64,000 nucleotides of DNA, taken from NCBI GenBank assembly GCA_951406725.2, contig OX597814.1:210738001-210802000 (forward strand), written 5' to 3'. The DNA is from Octopus vulgaris. Taxonomy: Eukaryota. Both the position numbers and the translations under genes were made by a program. The notes under the pieces are model-generated. The model was not told where the DNA came from. It did no database searches and saw only the letters and a program-made list of their open reading frames with translations. This document shows, one piece after another, positions 12,218-25,307 of this stretch (within the stretch, counting starts at the first letter, position 1; each line of letters begins with the position of its first letter).

Positions 12218-12642
12218 CTATCTATATATCCGCTCAGTCGAAGTCGACGCTCGGTTACTCGTTGGATCAGTGTTCTCCAGTCAGTTCTATCCTGGGCCGA
12301 TTCTTTCAGATTGGCTATGTCCATTCCGGTATCACTCTTGATGGTGTCAAGCCTGCGGATTCTTTGTCGGCCTCTTCCTCTTTTGCCACCGACCACTCCG
12401 AGCATGATGTCCTTCTCCAGGGATTTTCTCCGCATAATATGACCGAAATATGCCAATCTATGCTTGGTGATGCTAGCTTCTAACGATATTTTCGGCCTGA
12501 TCTGCTTAAGAATTTCTCCATTGGTGAGCCTCGCCGTCCATGGAATCCGTAAAAGTCTTCTCCAACACCAAAGCTCGAATGCATTAATTCTCTTCTGGTC
12601 AGCTTTCTTTAGTGTCCAGGTCTCGCATCCATATACTCTATG
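12218..12642 (-). mobile_element. 5'-truncated RTE (BovB-like) LINE 3' end with 10-bp target-site duplication (TSD)
   Basis: Minus-strand YGCETWTLKKADQKRINAFELWCWRRLLRIPWTAR...YFGHIMRRKSLEKDIMLG..GKRGRGRQR; GAAAGAAAGT at 12208-12217 and 12643-12652. Confidence 0.9.
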
Positions 12643-12815
12643 GAAAGAAAGTAAGTAGAAGCAAAAGAGCGAGTACGAGGATAATATAATGTCACTGGAT
12701 CTGAGTATGACATTAACATGGCTACGTGAATATTGTCTTATGTTAATGTTCTTTAAAGGTGTATATTTCTATTCAGAAAACCGAATGAATGCTCGCAATA
12801 TAAATGGATACGTAA

Positions 12816-13000
12816 GGCGGCGAGCTGACTGAATCGTTAACACGTCGAGCAAAATTCTTGGCAGCATTTCGTCCGCCTTTATATAGGGTTCAAAATCCAT
12901 CGATTGTGACTGTGTCCCTCTTCCTATCGGTGTCGATAAATTGAGTACCTCCTGAGTGACTTACACCACTCACCCGATATTTATTGTCCTTGTACCAAAA
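12816..13000 (+). mobile_element. SINE family B, diverged copy
   Basis: GGCGGCGAGCTGACTGAATCGTT head, GGTTCAAAAT, GTCGATAAATTGAGTACC. Confidence 0.7.
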
Positions 13001-14142
13001 CATCTAACTAATATACAAGCATGAGTGAATGAATGCACACACACGCGCCCGCGCATGCACACCCACAAGCACACACAGACACACACATATGGTAGAGAGG
13101 TTCTGTATGAATTTCCACTCATTTGTTTCTCATTGAAATGGACAAATTAGTGGCTGACGTGGACCTGGTACATCAAGATGAAGCTATATATGAAACCATG
13201 CCGTTTGCACGACATATGTACACTATATTCAATAAATATAATACATTGTAATTAAGTTCATCATAAAAACTGTCGTGATTTTGATTATTGTTATTATCTT
13301 GTGCTCTGATACATTATAATATTAAATACATAAATTTCAATTTGGACATAACAGTGATAAAGACAAATACGCAGTGAGAGAATAGGAGAGCGATCTTAAA
13401 AGAACCCTTTGAGAGTAACTAGCCGCTCTCCATTTAAATTTGAAATGAATATTTCCTATGTTCGAGATGAATGATGAAAGCATTCCAAGCGATGCGATGT
13501 GGTTCAGTAGTTAATTGAAGTTGGCTAGTCACTTGTCAAATATTAATCAATAAAGAGTAGGTTACACATGTGAGAATATGGCATGCTGAGCTTATAAATT
13601 AGTGGTTGGACTGCACTTAATAATTTTATACCTAGCAGCATATGGAAGAGTAAGATAGCTTCACCTAATACTATTATCATAGATTAATTAACGATTCTTC
13701 TCAGCATGCTGAGTAATATAATTTTCAGAACACTATCCAACCTTTCATTTATTATTGGACATTGTTCTTTTAGGAGTATTATGAGATCGGACTGATAATA
13801 AAGTTTATTTATGTCATGATTACATATAAATTTATTGAATATTTTGTGATGTACAAAAGGTGTCCAAACCTACAACCTGCAAACATGTGCGCACAAATTA
13901 TAGAATTTGTATATGTTGATGGCAAGTACAATCTCACCTACGAGTTACGAAATATAAGGTTCGATTCTGTTTTGAAGAAACTAAAAGTCGAAATTCAAAA
14001 TTCTTTGTTACACGGCTAAAAATGATTAATGCCAAAATAAAGCTTCATACCTACTTAAGGCCTTTTGCAAATACAGTCGCTGAACATAGCATATAGCTCA
14101 CACATATCATACTCGTATATATACACATACATGCGTACACGA

Positions 14143-14280
14143 CTCTTTATTTCACGTTCCTTCAGATTACTCAGCTGTAAAATGAGTTGCAACTTCACCG
14201 GTGCAAAGGTGTATTGGAATTACCTTTGCCTTGGATAACATCGGTGGCGTGGAGTAGGGAGGCTGGTATGGACGGGAAAC
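14143..14280 (+). mobile_element. SINE family C, central/3' fragment
   Basis: tttatttcacgttccttcagattactcagctgtaaaatgagttgc matches the tttatttcaggttgctccc...aaatgagttgc segment at 53595-53640. Confidence 0.5.
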
Positions 14281-14292
14281 TTCTATTAAACA

Positions 14293-14337
<45 letters not shown>

Positions 14338-14455
14338 TATATATATAGGTACATACATATATATACATGTATGTATATATATTATAAACATATATGTATA
14401 CACAACTTATATATGTATATGCATGTATATATAAATACACACATACACACACACA

Positions 14456-14507
<52 letters not shown>

Positions 14508-14735
14508 ATATTATGTATATAATATATATATATAATATATATATATATATATTATGTATATACATACATACATACATACATATATTATGTATATACATAC
14601 ATACATAAGTCACTCTCAGTAATTTTCCCGATCAAGTGTAGTAAGATTTTACTCAATAAAAAAATTTGTGTAATCCTACGTACGAGCAAACATTGTATGT
14701 ATGTATATACATACTTGGCTGTCTGGCTGTCTATC

Positions 14736-14794
<59 letters not shown>

Positions 14795-14839
14795 ATATAT
14801 ATATATCTATCTATATATATATCTATCTATCTATGAGTG

Positions 14840-15030
14840 GACACTGCAATTATTCTCAAGTGTGTTTCGTTGTTTCTTGGCATAGGAACAATGTCCATCT
14901 TCTCACTTTGCATGGCGTTCATAGGTGCAAATTCATGCGGCTACTTTCCTCTGTCTGTCTTTAAGAAAAAAGATTTTCTTTTGTTGATATCTCCTGCACT
15001 TGTAGATATCTGCCTACTTGCATCGTGAAA
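14840..15030 (-). mobile_element. Possible highly decayed RTE endonuclease fragment
   Basis: Minus-strand DINKRKSFFLKTDRGK*...MQSEKMDIVPMPR loosely resembles the NTFFKK...EIDYIL motif of AP-endonucleases. Confidence 0.25.
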
Positions 15031-17365
15031 TTGCAGAGCATGTATTATCTCTTAGGCTCTGGATTCGAGCATGGAAATATTGTCTCTATTTCATAACGGG
15101 AAAAGTTTTCCCGAAATACTCATATTCACTGTTTCAGCCATTAACCTTACCTGTGTAGACAGGTTAAAAATAGCAATTGGCCCTTCCAGATATTATGCGA
15201 AATTAATTAATATATTCATGTAATTGTGTACAGTTAGCTATATACGTTTTAAGTACTTTACTCGAAATATAACGCGATATTGCAATTTATTTGAATTTCT
15301 AATCCATTATACGTCATTGTAGAAGTTTAGCAAAAAGCAAATTTACACCAACAGATATAGGCTGAATATATTTAGATAAATCTCCAAAAGGTCATGTCTT
15401 ACTATAACCAGTGCCATTATACATGCGTTTCTACAGAATTAACTTTTATCCCTTTTCGTAAATTGTCAACTATGCTGAAATTATGAATTCCAAATTTTGT
15501 CTCAGCTCAGTTATTTCAGGTATCATGGGAATTTTACATGGTTGTTCGACATACTAGACATATCACCTAAATTATTTTACATGTGTTAAAACCCATTGTT
15601 GAAGCTAAATACAATCACCTTAGTAGCTATTTGTTTTAAACATTAGGTTATACCAATTATAAAAGTCGTAGGTTTCAGTTAATTTTGCCTGTAATGTGTT
15701 GATTTTAAATATGCATTCAATACATGCGTAACGATTTCTTAACCATAGCATTTCCTGAGATAAGCTTATTCTATAACGCACCGCAAGAAACTACTCACTG
15801 ATGCCTTTGTCTGGTTTTTTTTTTCATATGAAAACTGTTTGTATATATGTGCCATATTAAAAGAATAATACTTTCATAAATATAATTTTTACTCCGTTCA
15901 AACCACTGCTACACGGGGACTGAAATTTCACATAAAACACATTTCTATATAAAATTTCATATTGGTCCATACACTACTGACTTTTATCTTCACACGATGC
16001 ACTTAAATCTCTAATGTTATGGTTACTTATGAACCACGATGAAAGTCTGTGTCTAATCAATATTCCTAATCGATTATTTTCTTTATTACCAGAGTGGATT
16101 GCGTTATGTCAAGACGACCATTTTTATGAAGCATTCTTTTCCTCCGGAAAAAATAATCTACTATATTTACGCTGCAACATTGAACATCGTGAAATGTGAG
16201 AACTTGTTCGCATATATTCTTTAGTGTCTATAACTACCTACTCACTCGTCTGGAATTTTATTTCAAAGATCTAAGCTGTCTTTGCATTAACTACATACAC
16301 TGCATTTACTTTATCATCAAACTGATATAAAACTTTCGTTACGTTGTGCTTTCTAACGTGTCTCCTAATATATTAGTATTAATATCCATGTCAGTTAAAG
16401 CAATTTACCAATACTTGACATTGTTCTGCCTAATATCTTTTTGTTCCCGTGTGGCTGTATCACAGTTTGTCACCTTTCACTCTCTTGAAGAATAGTTATT
16501 CTGAGAAACTTTTGTTAAATAAGAATTTTAAAAATAGAACATTGGCAAGACCCGTACGTATATTATCCTATGAATCATTGCTATGCCTAATATAAACTAT
16601 AAAACCTGCTTAAATGTGTCCTCATTTGTTAAGACGTGACCTGGGAGACACTAAAGAAAGTAGGAACAAAGAAAAACTTTGTTCAAATCGCACATAGGTT
16701 GGATCTGCTTTTCACCCATTTGAGGGTGATGCTATACAGAACTAGCTAACAACTGAGGATGATATTTTCGACTAACCCGTTTCTTTCAAATTTTCTAGCA
16801 ATTTCTCTAGATTAGAAAGAATTATTATTATCTAAAAAACTTAGTTTAAGTTTTCTATTTGTTATGCCTATGTTGATAAATAAGTAACCGAATGGAAACC
16901 GATAAGTTTTTGTTCAATTGCACGTGGTTCTTCCAGAATAATATTAGTTTGAAACGGTTTTCTAACAGCTGTGTGTTTTACTGGTTTTGGTAATAAAAAC
17001 TACTTCGATGAAGTGATCTTATCTCACTTTCAGCTAACACATCAGTAAATCAGTAAAAAGGAACGGCCACTTGGGTTTTCGTGATTCCGAAAAAATACTG
17101 CAATTTTTTATTTAATTATTTCTAACAAGAACTACAGCTGGTAGTTGTTTTCAATTTTTCAATTATTGAAGACGTAATCAATCGTATTTTGTAACTTTCA
17201 TATTTGTAATTGTTCTCAGAATCCATTTCGTTAATTCATCTTCTCACGCACAGATAGCTACTTTTACTTGTAAAGCATGGCAGTACAGTTGGAACCATCA
17301 ATGTAAACACAATAAAGATACTCTCTCTCTCTCGCTATCAGTCTATCTTTGTCACGCACACACAC

Positions 17366-17409
<44 letters not shown>

Positions 17410-18329
17410 AGAGAGACAGAGACAGAGAGAGATATAGAGAGACAGAGAGATTCCTATTACCCGTTTCAGCCATGCAGCTGTGGTTATACTGGAGCCATCC
17501 TTCAAACTTACAGAATATAAGCATTTTTATAGTATATCTATTCTTAAGAAAAATATTTACACGAGCTCTTAACCCATGTGGCATCTAATTTTAGAAAAAA
17601 ATTCGAACGTCTCCCTATAAAACTGAATTAGAGTAAAATTGCCAATTGAAATCATCCTATTAACTTCTCGTAACTTAATATATTCAATAACGTAGAGAGG
17701 CATATGAAATCCCGACAGGTACATTTTATTCATATATTCTAGGTGGTTGTAAACATTTTCAAGTAAAATAGTTTACGGAAAAGAGTTGGCTCTTTGATTG
17801 ATAATGTGAATGTTAATATTTTCTCGTTTCGTTCGTCGATGGTAGCATCCAACGTGCACTGAACAAATTATTTGGTGACCCATTTCAAGTCGTGAGTTCA
17901 CATAACTCTCAAGTTGGTTTTATTTCCGCTCCTTGAAGGTCAACACAATATGTAGTACCCAAGTAACGGGGTCAACATAATCAACTATTCCCTTATCAAC
18001 AGTGTCTCAGCATAATCAAAGTCTACTCTCGGAAAAAAATGAGTTGATATGAAATGAAAATCAATATTTAACATTAGACTTCTACTTTGATCTGTTTTTA
18101 ATCGTATGTATAAAATATTTATTGTTTTGTGGTTGCCCCCAAATGATGTTCAATTTGCAATTCTAATCGGACATACAGAATGCATCAGCTCATATTCGCT
18201 TGGGACTTGAAAATTTTAGCGATTATTTGGTCACGAGTGTTATGGGACAGGAAATGCCATAACGATTAAAATTTATGCTAGAATCGTTATATGTGTCCGC
18301 ATCATACATGATGATTTATAACAACAACT

Positions 18330-18510
18330 AAATTACTTCACACGAGATGGTGAAGATGCCGACGACCGCTTTGTTCAAAGTCTCCCTTGACCTCAAGTGG
18401 CCTGAACCCTTTACATGAACACCACCCTGTACTTAACTCCATGTCCCCCTACATGGCCTTGCTTCTTGCTTTTGAGCCAAAAAATTAACTAACTAACTAA
18501 CTAACTAACT
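18330..18510 (+). mobile_element. CR1-type LINE extreme 3' end with (TAAC)n tail
   Basis: LLHEMVKMPTTALFKVSLDLKWPEPF* resembles the CR1 C-terminus (WN.LP..VV......FK..LD); short UTR followed by (TAAC)n. Confidence 0.6.
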
Positions 18511-18789
18511 TCATGTACTTCAATATGCACATTTGTTCATTAGATATATTTAGTTATTAGGAATATGTCAATTGCTAATGAAACGTTTTCACTCATCAGG
18601 TATTATCAGCAATATAGTCATTTCCAAAATCGCACCCATAGCTTAATCTTAATAGGAAGGAATAGTGTTTTCTTCTGTAGCAAAGTTTTACTATTGTAAA
18701 CTATATAACTCCATGATCCCCCAAGAAAAAATGGTGTTCCTGCCAATTGTAATATGTTTATTAGTCTCCAATTTGTCCACGCTTTTTGA

Positions 18790-19048
18790 GAAACATTTTG
18801 CTCGGCGTTCTAATTAGTCTGCCAGCTCTCTGCCAATGGCTTCAAATTTTGGCACAAGGCCAGCAATTTCGAGGATGGGTGGGATAGGTCGATTACATCG
18901 ACACCAGTGTCCACTGGTACGTATTTTTTACCGACCGCGATGAAGCAGAAAGATAACCTCGTCAGAATTTGAACTGAGAACGTAAAACTGGAAGAAATTC
19001 CACTCAGCATCTTGTCAGACGTGCTAACGATCCAGCTAGCTTGCCGCC
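18790..19048 (-). mobile_element. SINE family B, diverged copy (18838-19048) plus adjacent second head (18790-18834)
   Basis: Reverse complement gives GGCGGCAAGCTAGCTGGATCGTTAGCACG...CAGTTCAAAT...GTACCAG...GTCGATGTAATCGAC. Confidence 0.75.
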
Positions 19049-19711
19049 CTTATGATGTTATTAATAATTCGTTCATTATAATAGGTACAAGAAATATAGT
19101 ATTATTAGTAATGGCAGCTCATTCAGGAGATTGTTGATATAGTATTTGTATGCTGGAAAGTATAGTTAAAACTCGACCAGAATATTAACTAATCATATTT
19201 TAGCTAACCAAGTGTAACACAAGCAGAATTTAGCAACATTTAAATCAGTAATATATATTGAAGTATCAAATTACATTTACTCATAACTCGACTGTTTTTG
19301 TCTACTCAAACATCTTAATATATATAAACTTTTGTAACTTTCCTTCACACATAGTAACCCACAATCTATAATCAATAAGAAAGAAACAGAGTCAATTCAA
19401 TTGACCTAGTAATTGACGAGTATCTTTAATCGAACATTAAAAAAATGAAAGGCATTATATTTCAGTTCCTTAGTCTTTTCAATAAAAACAGACAAATACA
19501 TGATCGATGGAAATACATACGGGGCTAATTGTAAGGACTTAACTTTCATCAACGTTCAGCGATTTTTAAACTGCATAGAGTCTTGTATATAAATAGACTG
19601 AATAATTTTGAAAGAATGTTTTGGCCATTCGTGGTAGATAATTCCATTGTTAAACATCAATTAAAGAATCAATTTAATCAATTGTTTCCAAAATTCTGTG
19701 ATATATATTCT

Positions 19712-19776
<65 letters not shown>

Positions 19777-19789
19777 ATGTGTGTGTGTG

Positions 19790-19838
<49 letters not shown>

Positions 19839-19860
19839 GATTCATAATTCCATATATATT

Positions 19861-20000
19861 CTACTTTTGTTTATTGTTTTACATGTTTCGAGCATTTGAA
19901 TGCTGCCTGGCTAGAACATCGCCCTAAAGGTTTTTTAGTCGAACAGATTGACCCCCCAGTACTAAGTATCGGGAATGTAAACAGGTCAAATCGATTGCCA
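19861..20000 (-). mobile_element. Old SINE family A-related 3' fragment
   Basis: Degenerate match to gtttcagtcatttgactgcggccatgctggagcaccgcc...ttagtcgagcaaatcgacccc. Confidence 0.5.
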
Positions 20001-20119
20001 CGTGATGCTGTGCAACAATATCTGTTTGAATGTAAGTACTATACATTGGCCATAATTAAGTTCCAGGTTCAGTGACTATGTGAATAAAGGGTTCAACGTT
20101 GCTCATATGTCAGCGTGTG

Positions 20120-20427
20120 TATATAAATTGTGTTCGTAATGAGATAAAAACCAAGGGTGCGTAGATTTTGGAACATAGATAGAAGGTCTTACAGCTGTTT
20201 CCAGGATATGTATTATATCCGTTCATCGGAGACGGTGTGAGAAGATGGTTAAGTAATACTTAATTTTGATAGGATACAAAAGAGAGAGTGAGGTGAAAGA
20301 AAGAAAACAGATGTGAGATATGTAGGTCTTTTTAATCTTATTACGAACGAAATTATACAACACACACATACACATACACATATATATATATTCGTAATGA
20401 GATAAAAAAGACTACATATATCTTACA
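20120..20427 (-). mobile_element. Short PLE-terminus-like element with HHR-like motif at 20186-20233
   Basis: Minus strand gtct-CCGATGA-ac-ggatat(aatac)atatcc-tg-GAAA-cagctg-TA-agac. TTCGTAATGAGATAAAAA occurs at 20133-20150 and 20391-20408, with an inverted copy at ~20312-20357. Confidence 0.6.
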
Positions 20428-20595
20428 GAGCCCAAAGTGAGAATATGTATCTCGTGAACGATGATACGCTATGAAAGACAGGTATTATAGCCACAATTAT
20501 ATAGGTTTATAAATTGAAAATTAATGTACCAGAAAACGATTTGGTATTTAAATTTTTCAAAATAGAAACAATATTTCATATTATTATTATTATTA

Positions 20596-20630
<35 letters not shown>

Positions 20631-21187
20631 GAGTGAGAGAGCAGTTCATGCCATCAAAGTGACACTGGGGTAAAATATACGAAGCCCAATATACCCATCA
20701 TGACTACCCGTCTGATAAGGGTACACCGGGCACATGCATCACAACCATATGTGCACGACATGGTGATCTTATATCAAGATAAACAGCGCATGACCTTGCA
20801 GGTGGGGCCCAGTTAGAATTTTCTTCAGGTTGAGTAGCCCATCCCGCTCAAAAGGTCCCTGAATAAGGGTTGTTTAAGGATGTTGAAAGAACCACCCATG
20901 TTTCCAGAGGTGAATTATTCAAACCCCAAAGAATCCCTCTCAACACATGGCTGTGATGCTCCGCCACTACTTCTGCTCGTGATCAGAGATGCACATATCG
21001 TCAGCCTCAATATCGACATGCTCAACTGGTTAAGGTCAAACAACTGACAAGCAAATCTGTGGTATTGAGCAGAATATTTGCTGTAGCCAATCTTTTATAC
21101 CAAGACAAAACAATGTACATGATAACACTTCCAATCAGTTAAGATCAGAAGCCATGAGAGCCACTGTCTGGTACTGCATCAGGGCAT
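20631..21187 (-). mobile_element. ~560-bp non-coding element embedded in (TAA)n; probable non-autonomous R4/Dong-type retroelement
   Basis: GC-richer unique block with sharp borders against (TAT)n on both sides (20580-20630, 21421-21500). Dong/R4 LINEs are known to target (TAA)n. Strand is inferred. Confidence 0.55.
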
Positions 21188-21419
21188 AGGTACTGCATCA
21201 GGGCATGGTACTGCATCAGGGCATGATACTGCATCAGGGCATTGTACTGCATCAGGGCATGGTACTGCATCAGGGCATGGTACTGCATCAGGGCATGGTA
21301 CTATATCAGGGCATTGTACTGCATCAGGGCATGGTACTGCATCAGGGCATGGTACTGCATCAGGGCATTATACTGCATCAGGGCATTATACTGCATCAGG
21401 GCATGGTACTGCATCACGG

Positions 21420-21422
<3 letters not shown>
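21170..21422. repeat. Minisatellite: 14 copies of 18-bp GGTACTGCATCAGGGCAT
   Basis: Counted directly. Variation is almost confined to the first two bases (GG/GA/TG/TA). Confidence 0.95.
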
Positions 21423-21503
<81 letters not shown>

Positions 21504-21892
21504 GCTGCTAATACCTTGTGTCTAAACAAATGTCAACATTCAACATTCAACATTCAATTTGAAGCAAGTTTTTTTTTATTAACAGAGGAATGGATAAATA
21601 GTTTTACTTGATTCAGTTTAGTATTTCATTGGACAAAATCTAGGATTGAGATAATAGTAAAAATGTAACAAAGTATAAAATCGAAGAATAATTGTTATTA
21701 TTCAACTAGCTCCTTGCATTGACCTTTGGCTCTTCCGCATCACGCAGGCATACAAATAAACGCATGCCTATGTATCTATGTATGTATATATCTATGTATG
21801 CATATATGTATGAATGCATGTATGCATATATGTATGTATGTATGTATGTATGTATATATGTATGTACGTATGTATGTATGTATGCATGCATG

Positions 21893-21932
<40 letters not shown>

Positions 21933-21969
21933 GGAGGTTGAAAAGGAACACAGGAGTTGATATATATAT

Positions 21970-22472
21970 ATGGAGAAAAAGCCAACGTATAAAATGTTAA
22001 AATAATTTTATAAAAATAAATTTCACTACCGGCTTCAGTCATTGATACTTCTTCAACTGTAAGTATGGAAAACAATTAAAATTTGGAAAAATTAAATGAA
22101 AAGTATTTAAAAAGAATGTTTGCATAGTATTCAAATACAAGGGGCACTTTTGTTGTTTCTGCCTGTCTCTGCCTCCCTTGTTTACTGTTGTGGGTTCGAG
22201 TTTGTTGTTCGAGGTCGGGATCGAGGTCTTTGTGACAACGACCTCTAACCCACAAGAGTAAACAAGAGAGACAGAGACAGTCAGAAACAAGGAAAATGCC
22301 CCCTCGTATTTGAATACTATGCAAATATTCTTTTTAAATAATTTTCATTTAATTTTTCCAAAATTCAATTGGTTTCCACACTTACAGTTGAAAAAGTATG
22401 AATGACTGGAACCGGTACTGAAATATTTTTTATAAAATTATTTTTGCATTTCCTACCTTGTCTTTTTTCCAT
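21970..22472. mobile_element. ~500-bp foldback palindrome of two head-to-head PLE-terminus-like arms, each with an HHR-like motif (22024-22059 -, 22385-22420 +)
   Basis: Arms ~21970-22208 and ~22235-22472 are diverged reverse complements. Their consensus is cag-TTGAAAA-agt(atcaatg)act-GAAA-ccgg-TA-ctg. Confidence 0.75.
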
Positions 22473-22568
<96 letters not shown>

Positions 22569-25225
22569 ATATGTGTATGTGTGTGTACACTTATGGAATG
22601 TGATCTGCACACATATACAAACACATACATACACATATAATCCGTATATGTATGTATGCATGAAGCTATCTATGTACGTACGTATGTGTGTGTGTGCATT
22701 TGCGTGAGTTATCATCTCGGATGTCTGTCAATCGTAGATCGAGAGAAATTAGAAAGTATGTATACAAATTGATGCAGCTCGGAAAAATCATCGAAAACAG
22801 AATTTTTAATTTGCCCTTGTTTGATCAGTTTGCTTGGTCCCTTTTGTTGTTTTTTCTTTCTTTTTAGAATAAACCTGCCGAGTGAAATACGTTTCGATAT
22901 AGAATTGAAGCAATTATGATATTTTTAGAAGTCACAACTAACAGAAAACATAAAGAATACCAATATATATTTACATATGCACACACACAAACTCATATGC
23001 GTACACACAGAGCACACACCCACCCACACACACACACACACGCACTCACATATAAAGAAATATGTACATTCTTGTTGATGATATAAGTTTGTCTCATATT
23101 AGAATGCCCAGCAGTGAAATTAGAAATAAACATATGAAGTGTTGGCCTCTCTTTGCTTTCTAAACATATTTGTTGGCCAAGAGTGCACAGAAATTCGTTC
23201 AGAATGTCAAATTATTTAAAATTTCATTGCCTTGCGCTGAAAGCCTTCCTATATCAAAGTTTTCACAAGCATTAATATTTGAGCTTAACATTAAAAGACG
23301 AAGCAAGAACAGAAACAAATGACAATTATACTTTGGAGTTCGTCACTTTTCCATAATATACTCAGCAACTGAAATTTTTACATCTTGGGCAACATTATTT
23401 AAAGGGATATTCAGTGAATAAAAATAATCACTTCAACTACAGCGAGAAACTTAACCAAACCAACTAAAAACGCGAACCAAAATGATCTCGAACCAATGAA
23501 TAAGTTTCTTGGGTTTTCACTCGACTGACTATAAATGCAAGTTAAAACTTGTGCCTTTTTTACTATATCAAATAATGAGATGACGTAAGCATGGCCCTTA
23601 AACTGTGATTACAGACTTTACGAATAGGATTACTGGTTTACATTCAACAGTCTTAACAGTTCAAATGTAAAAATAGTGCGCAAGAAAACCCCCTTAATAA
23701 CGAGTTTTAACGAATATACAAGAGTATATATCTAAAAAGGTTTCCACTAGGTAATGATGACCTTAGGATAAGCCTGGATTGTGGATGCTCGGTATCTACA
23801 GGAGATCATATTGGCTATTACATAGGTGCAAGTGCAGCCTATACAATTGGATCGTTAAGACGGCAGGTTTGATTCGAGAATGTTTTGGTCTGCGTATTTA
23901 GTAGGATGGGCTACGTATCTGACTGTAGTTGAAATGATTACCTTTATTGATTGAATATCCTTTTAACATTGTTGCCTAATATAAATAAGATGACGAATCT
24001 CAAAATACGACTGCGACTTTTCCTGTTCTTGATTTGTCTTTAAAACTTCTTTTATTAGCCAACTATCTTCATTTAGATATCGAATAAAGAAATCTGGATT
24101 ATCTTAACTAAATTTATTTGGGAACTAAAAGATAGCGGCATGAAATATGATAGCAAACGGCGAATATTGAGTAGTGCTCTACCTTATGGCGTTGGCAAGA
24201 TAAGGTGTGACTTGTGCCTCTAAGAAGTCTATTTTGAACGAGAATAAGGAATTCATGATACTATGTGCTCCTCTCTGCCTTTCCAGTTAATTCTTTAGTT
24301 AATAGCATATTTATTGTTTAGAATTCCAAATCGGTGTTTTCTATATTTTGTCTACATATTATATTTACAATATGATCTTTACTTTAAGTCTTCCGTTAAG
24401 TCTGCTAATTTTAGTTAGTTACTGCAGAGGTGCCCTCCACCACTTTTAATGAAAATCGTATTAGTTTTCCTCAACTTACTATATTTCATTATATTATGTT
24501 TTGGCTTCTTCATAAATTCTATTTGTTAGTATTCCTATGTATTCCTATAGGTAGCATATTTGAAGCTGTCGATCTTAATATTTAGTAATTAGTGAATAGT
24601 GCCTTCTTAGAAATAATTTAACAAGTTTTCAATATGTCAATGTTTCTTTGCCATCACTTATAAATCCATCAACTCTACTAAGAATTCAAAATCTAGTAGT
24701 AATTTCTAATGCTCTATCCCCTGTAGTGTAGAACAACCATGAACATTATAGAAATGTATCAGATTTTAAAATCGTTTTTGGCCAGATTTACAAATCTTTG
24801 ATGCTTACTGCTATTACTGCTCCTTTTTCCCTTTGCCTGCCCATTGCTAATAACTCACTTAAAATAGGTGATCTAATTTTCAAATAATAACATTTTGGCC
24901 AAATTTCATTCAAAAGTGTAGGATTGTTTTCTATATTTTCAGTCGATTGACTATAGATCGAGTGATTAATACAATTGAGCTATGGAATTAGATTGTTCCA
25001 TCAAGTATCGGGATCATGCGCAAACCTTCAATAAATATATGGAACACATCATATTTGTGTGTGTATATATATGTTTCTTGGGGCTAAAACAACAGTAACA
25101 TCGTGTATTTCAGGACAGCCAGGTTATGTTGGCAAATAGCATTTCTTCAATTATCTCTCACTAAATATCTCTCTTTGAGAGATTTAGAAATAATGATATT
25201 TCTATTTGTGTGTGTATATATATAT

Positions 25226-25266
<41 letters not shown>

Positions 25267-25271
25267 GAAAT

Positions 25272-25307
<36 letters not shown>

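Noticed and set aside
20965-21008. CTGACGA...GAAG-TA on the minus strand within the (TAA)n element as an HHR
   Set aside because: No helix I or III pairing, and GAAA is absent.
21170-21525. 18-bp array as a CRISPR array, or the (MVLHQG)n ORF as a protein
   Set aside because: There are no spacers and no cas genes, and the context is eukaryotic. The ORF is open only because the unit length is a multiple of 3, and it runs into (ATT)n.
23700-24950. Possible very old LINE remnant
   Set aside because: Only vague motif resemblance; it could not be supported by eye.
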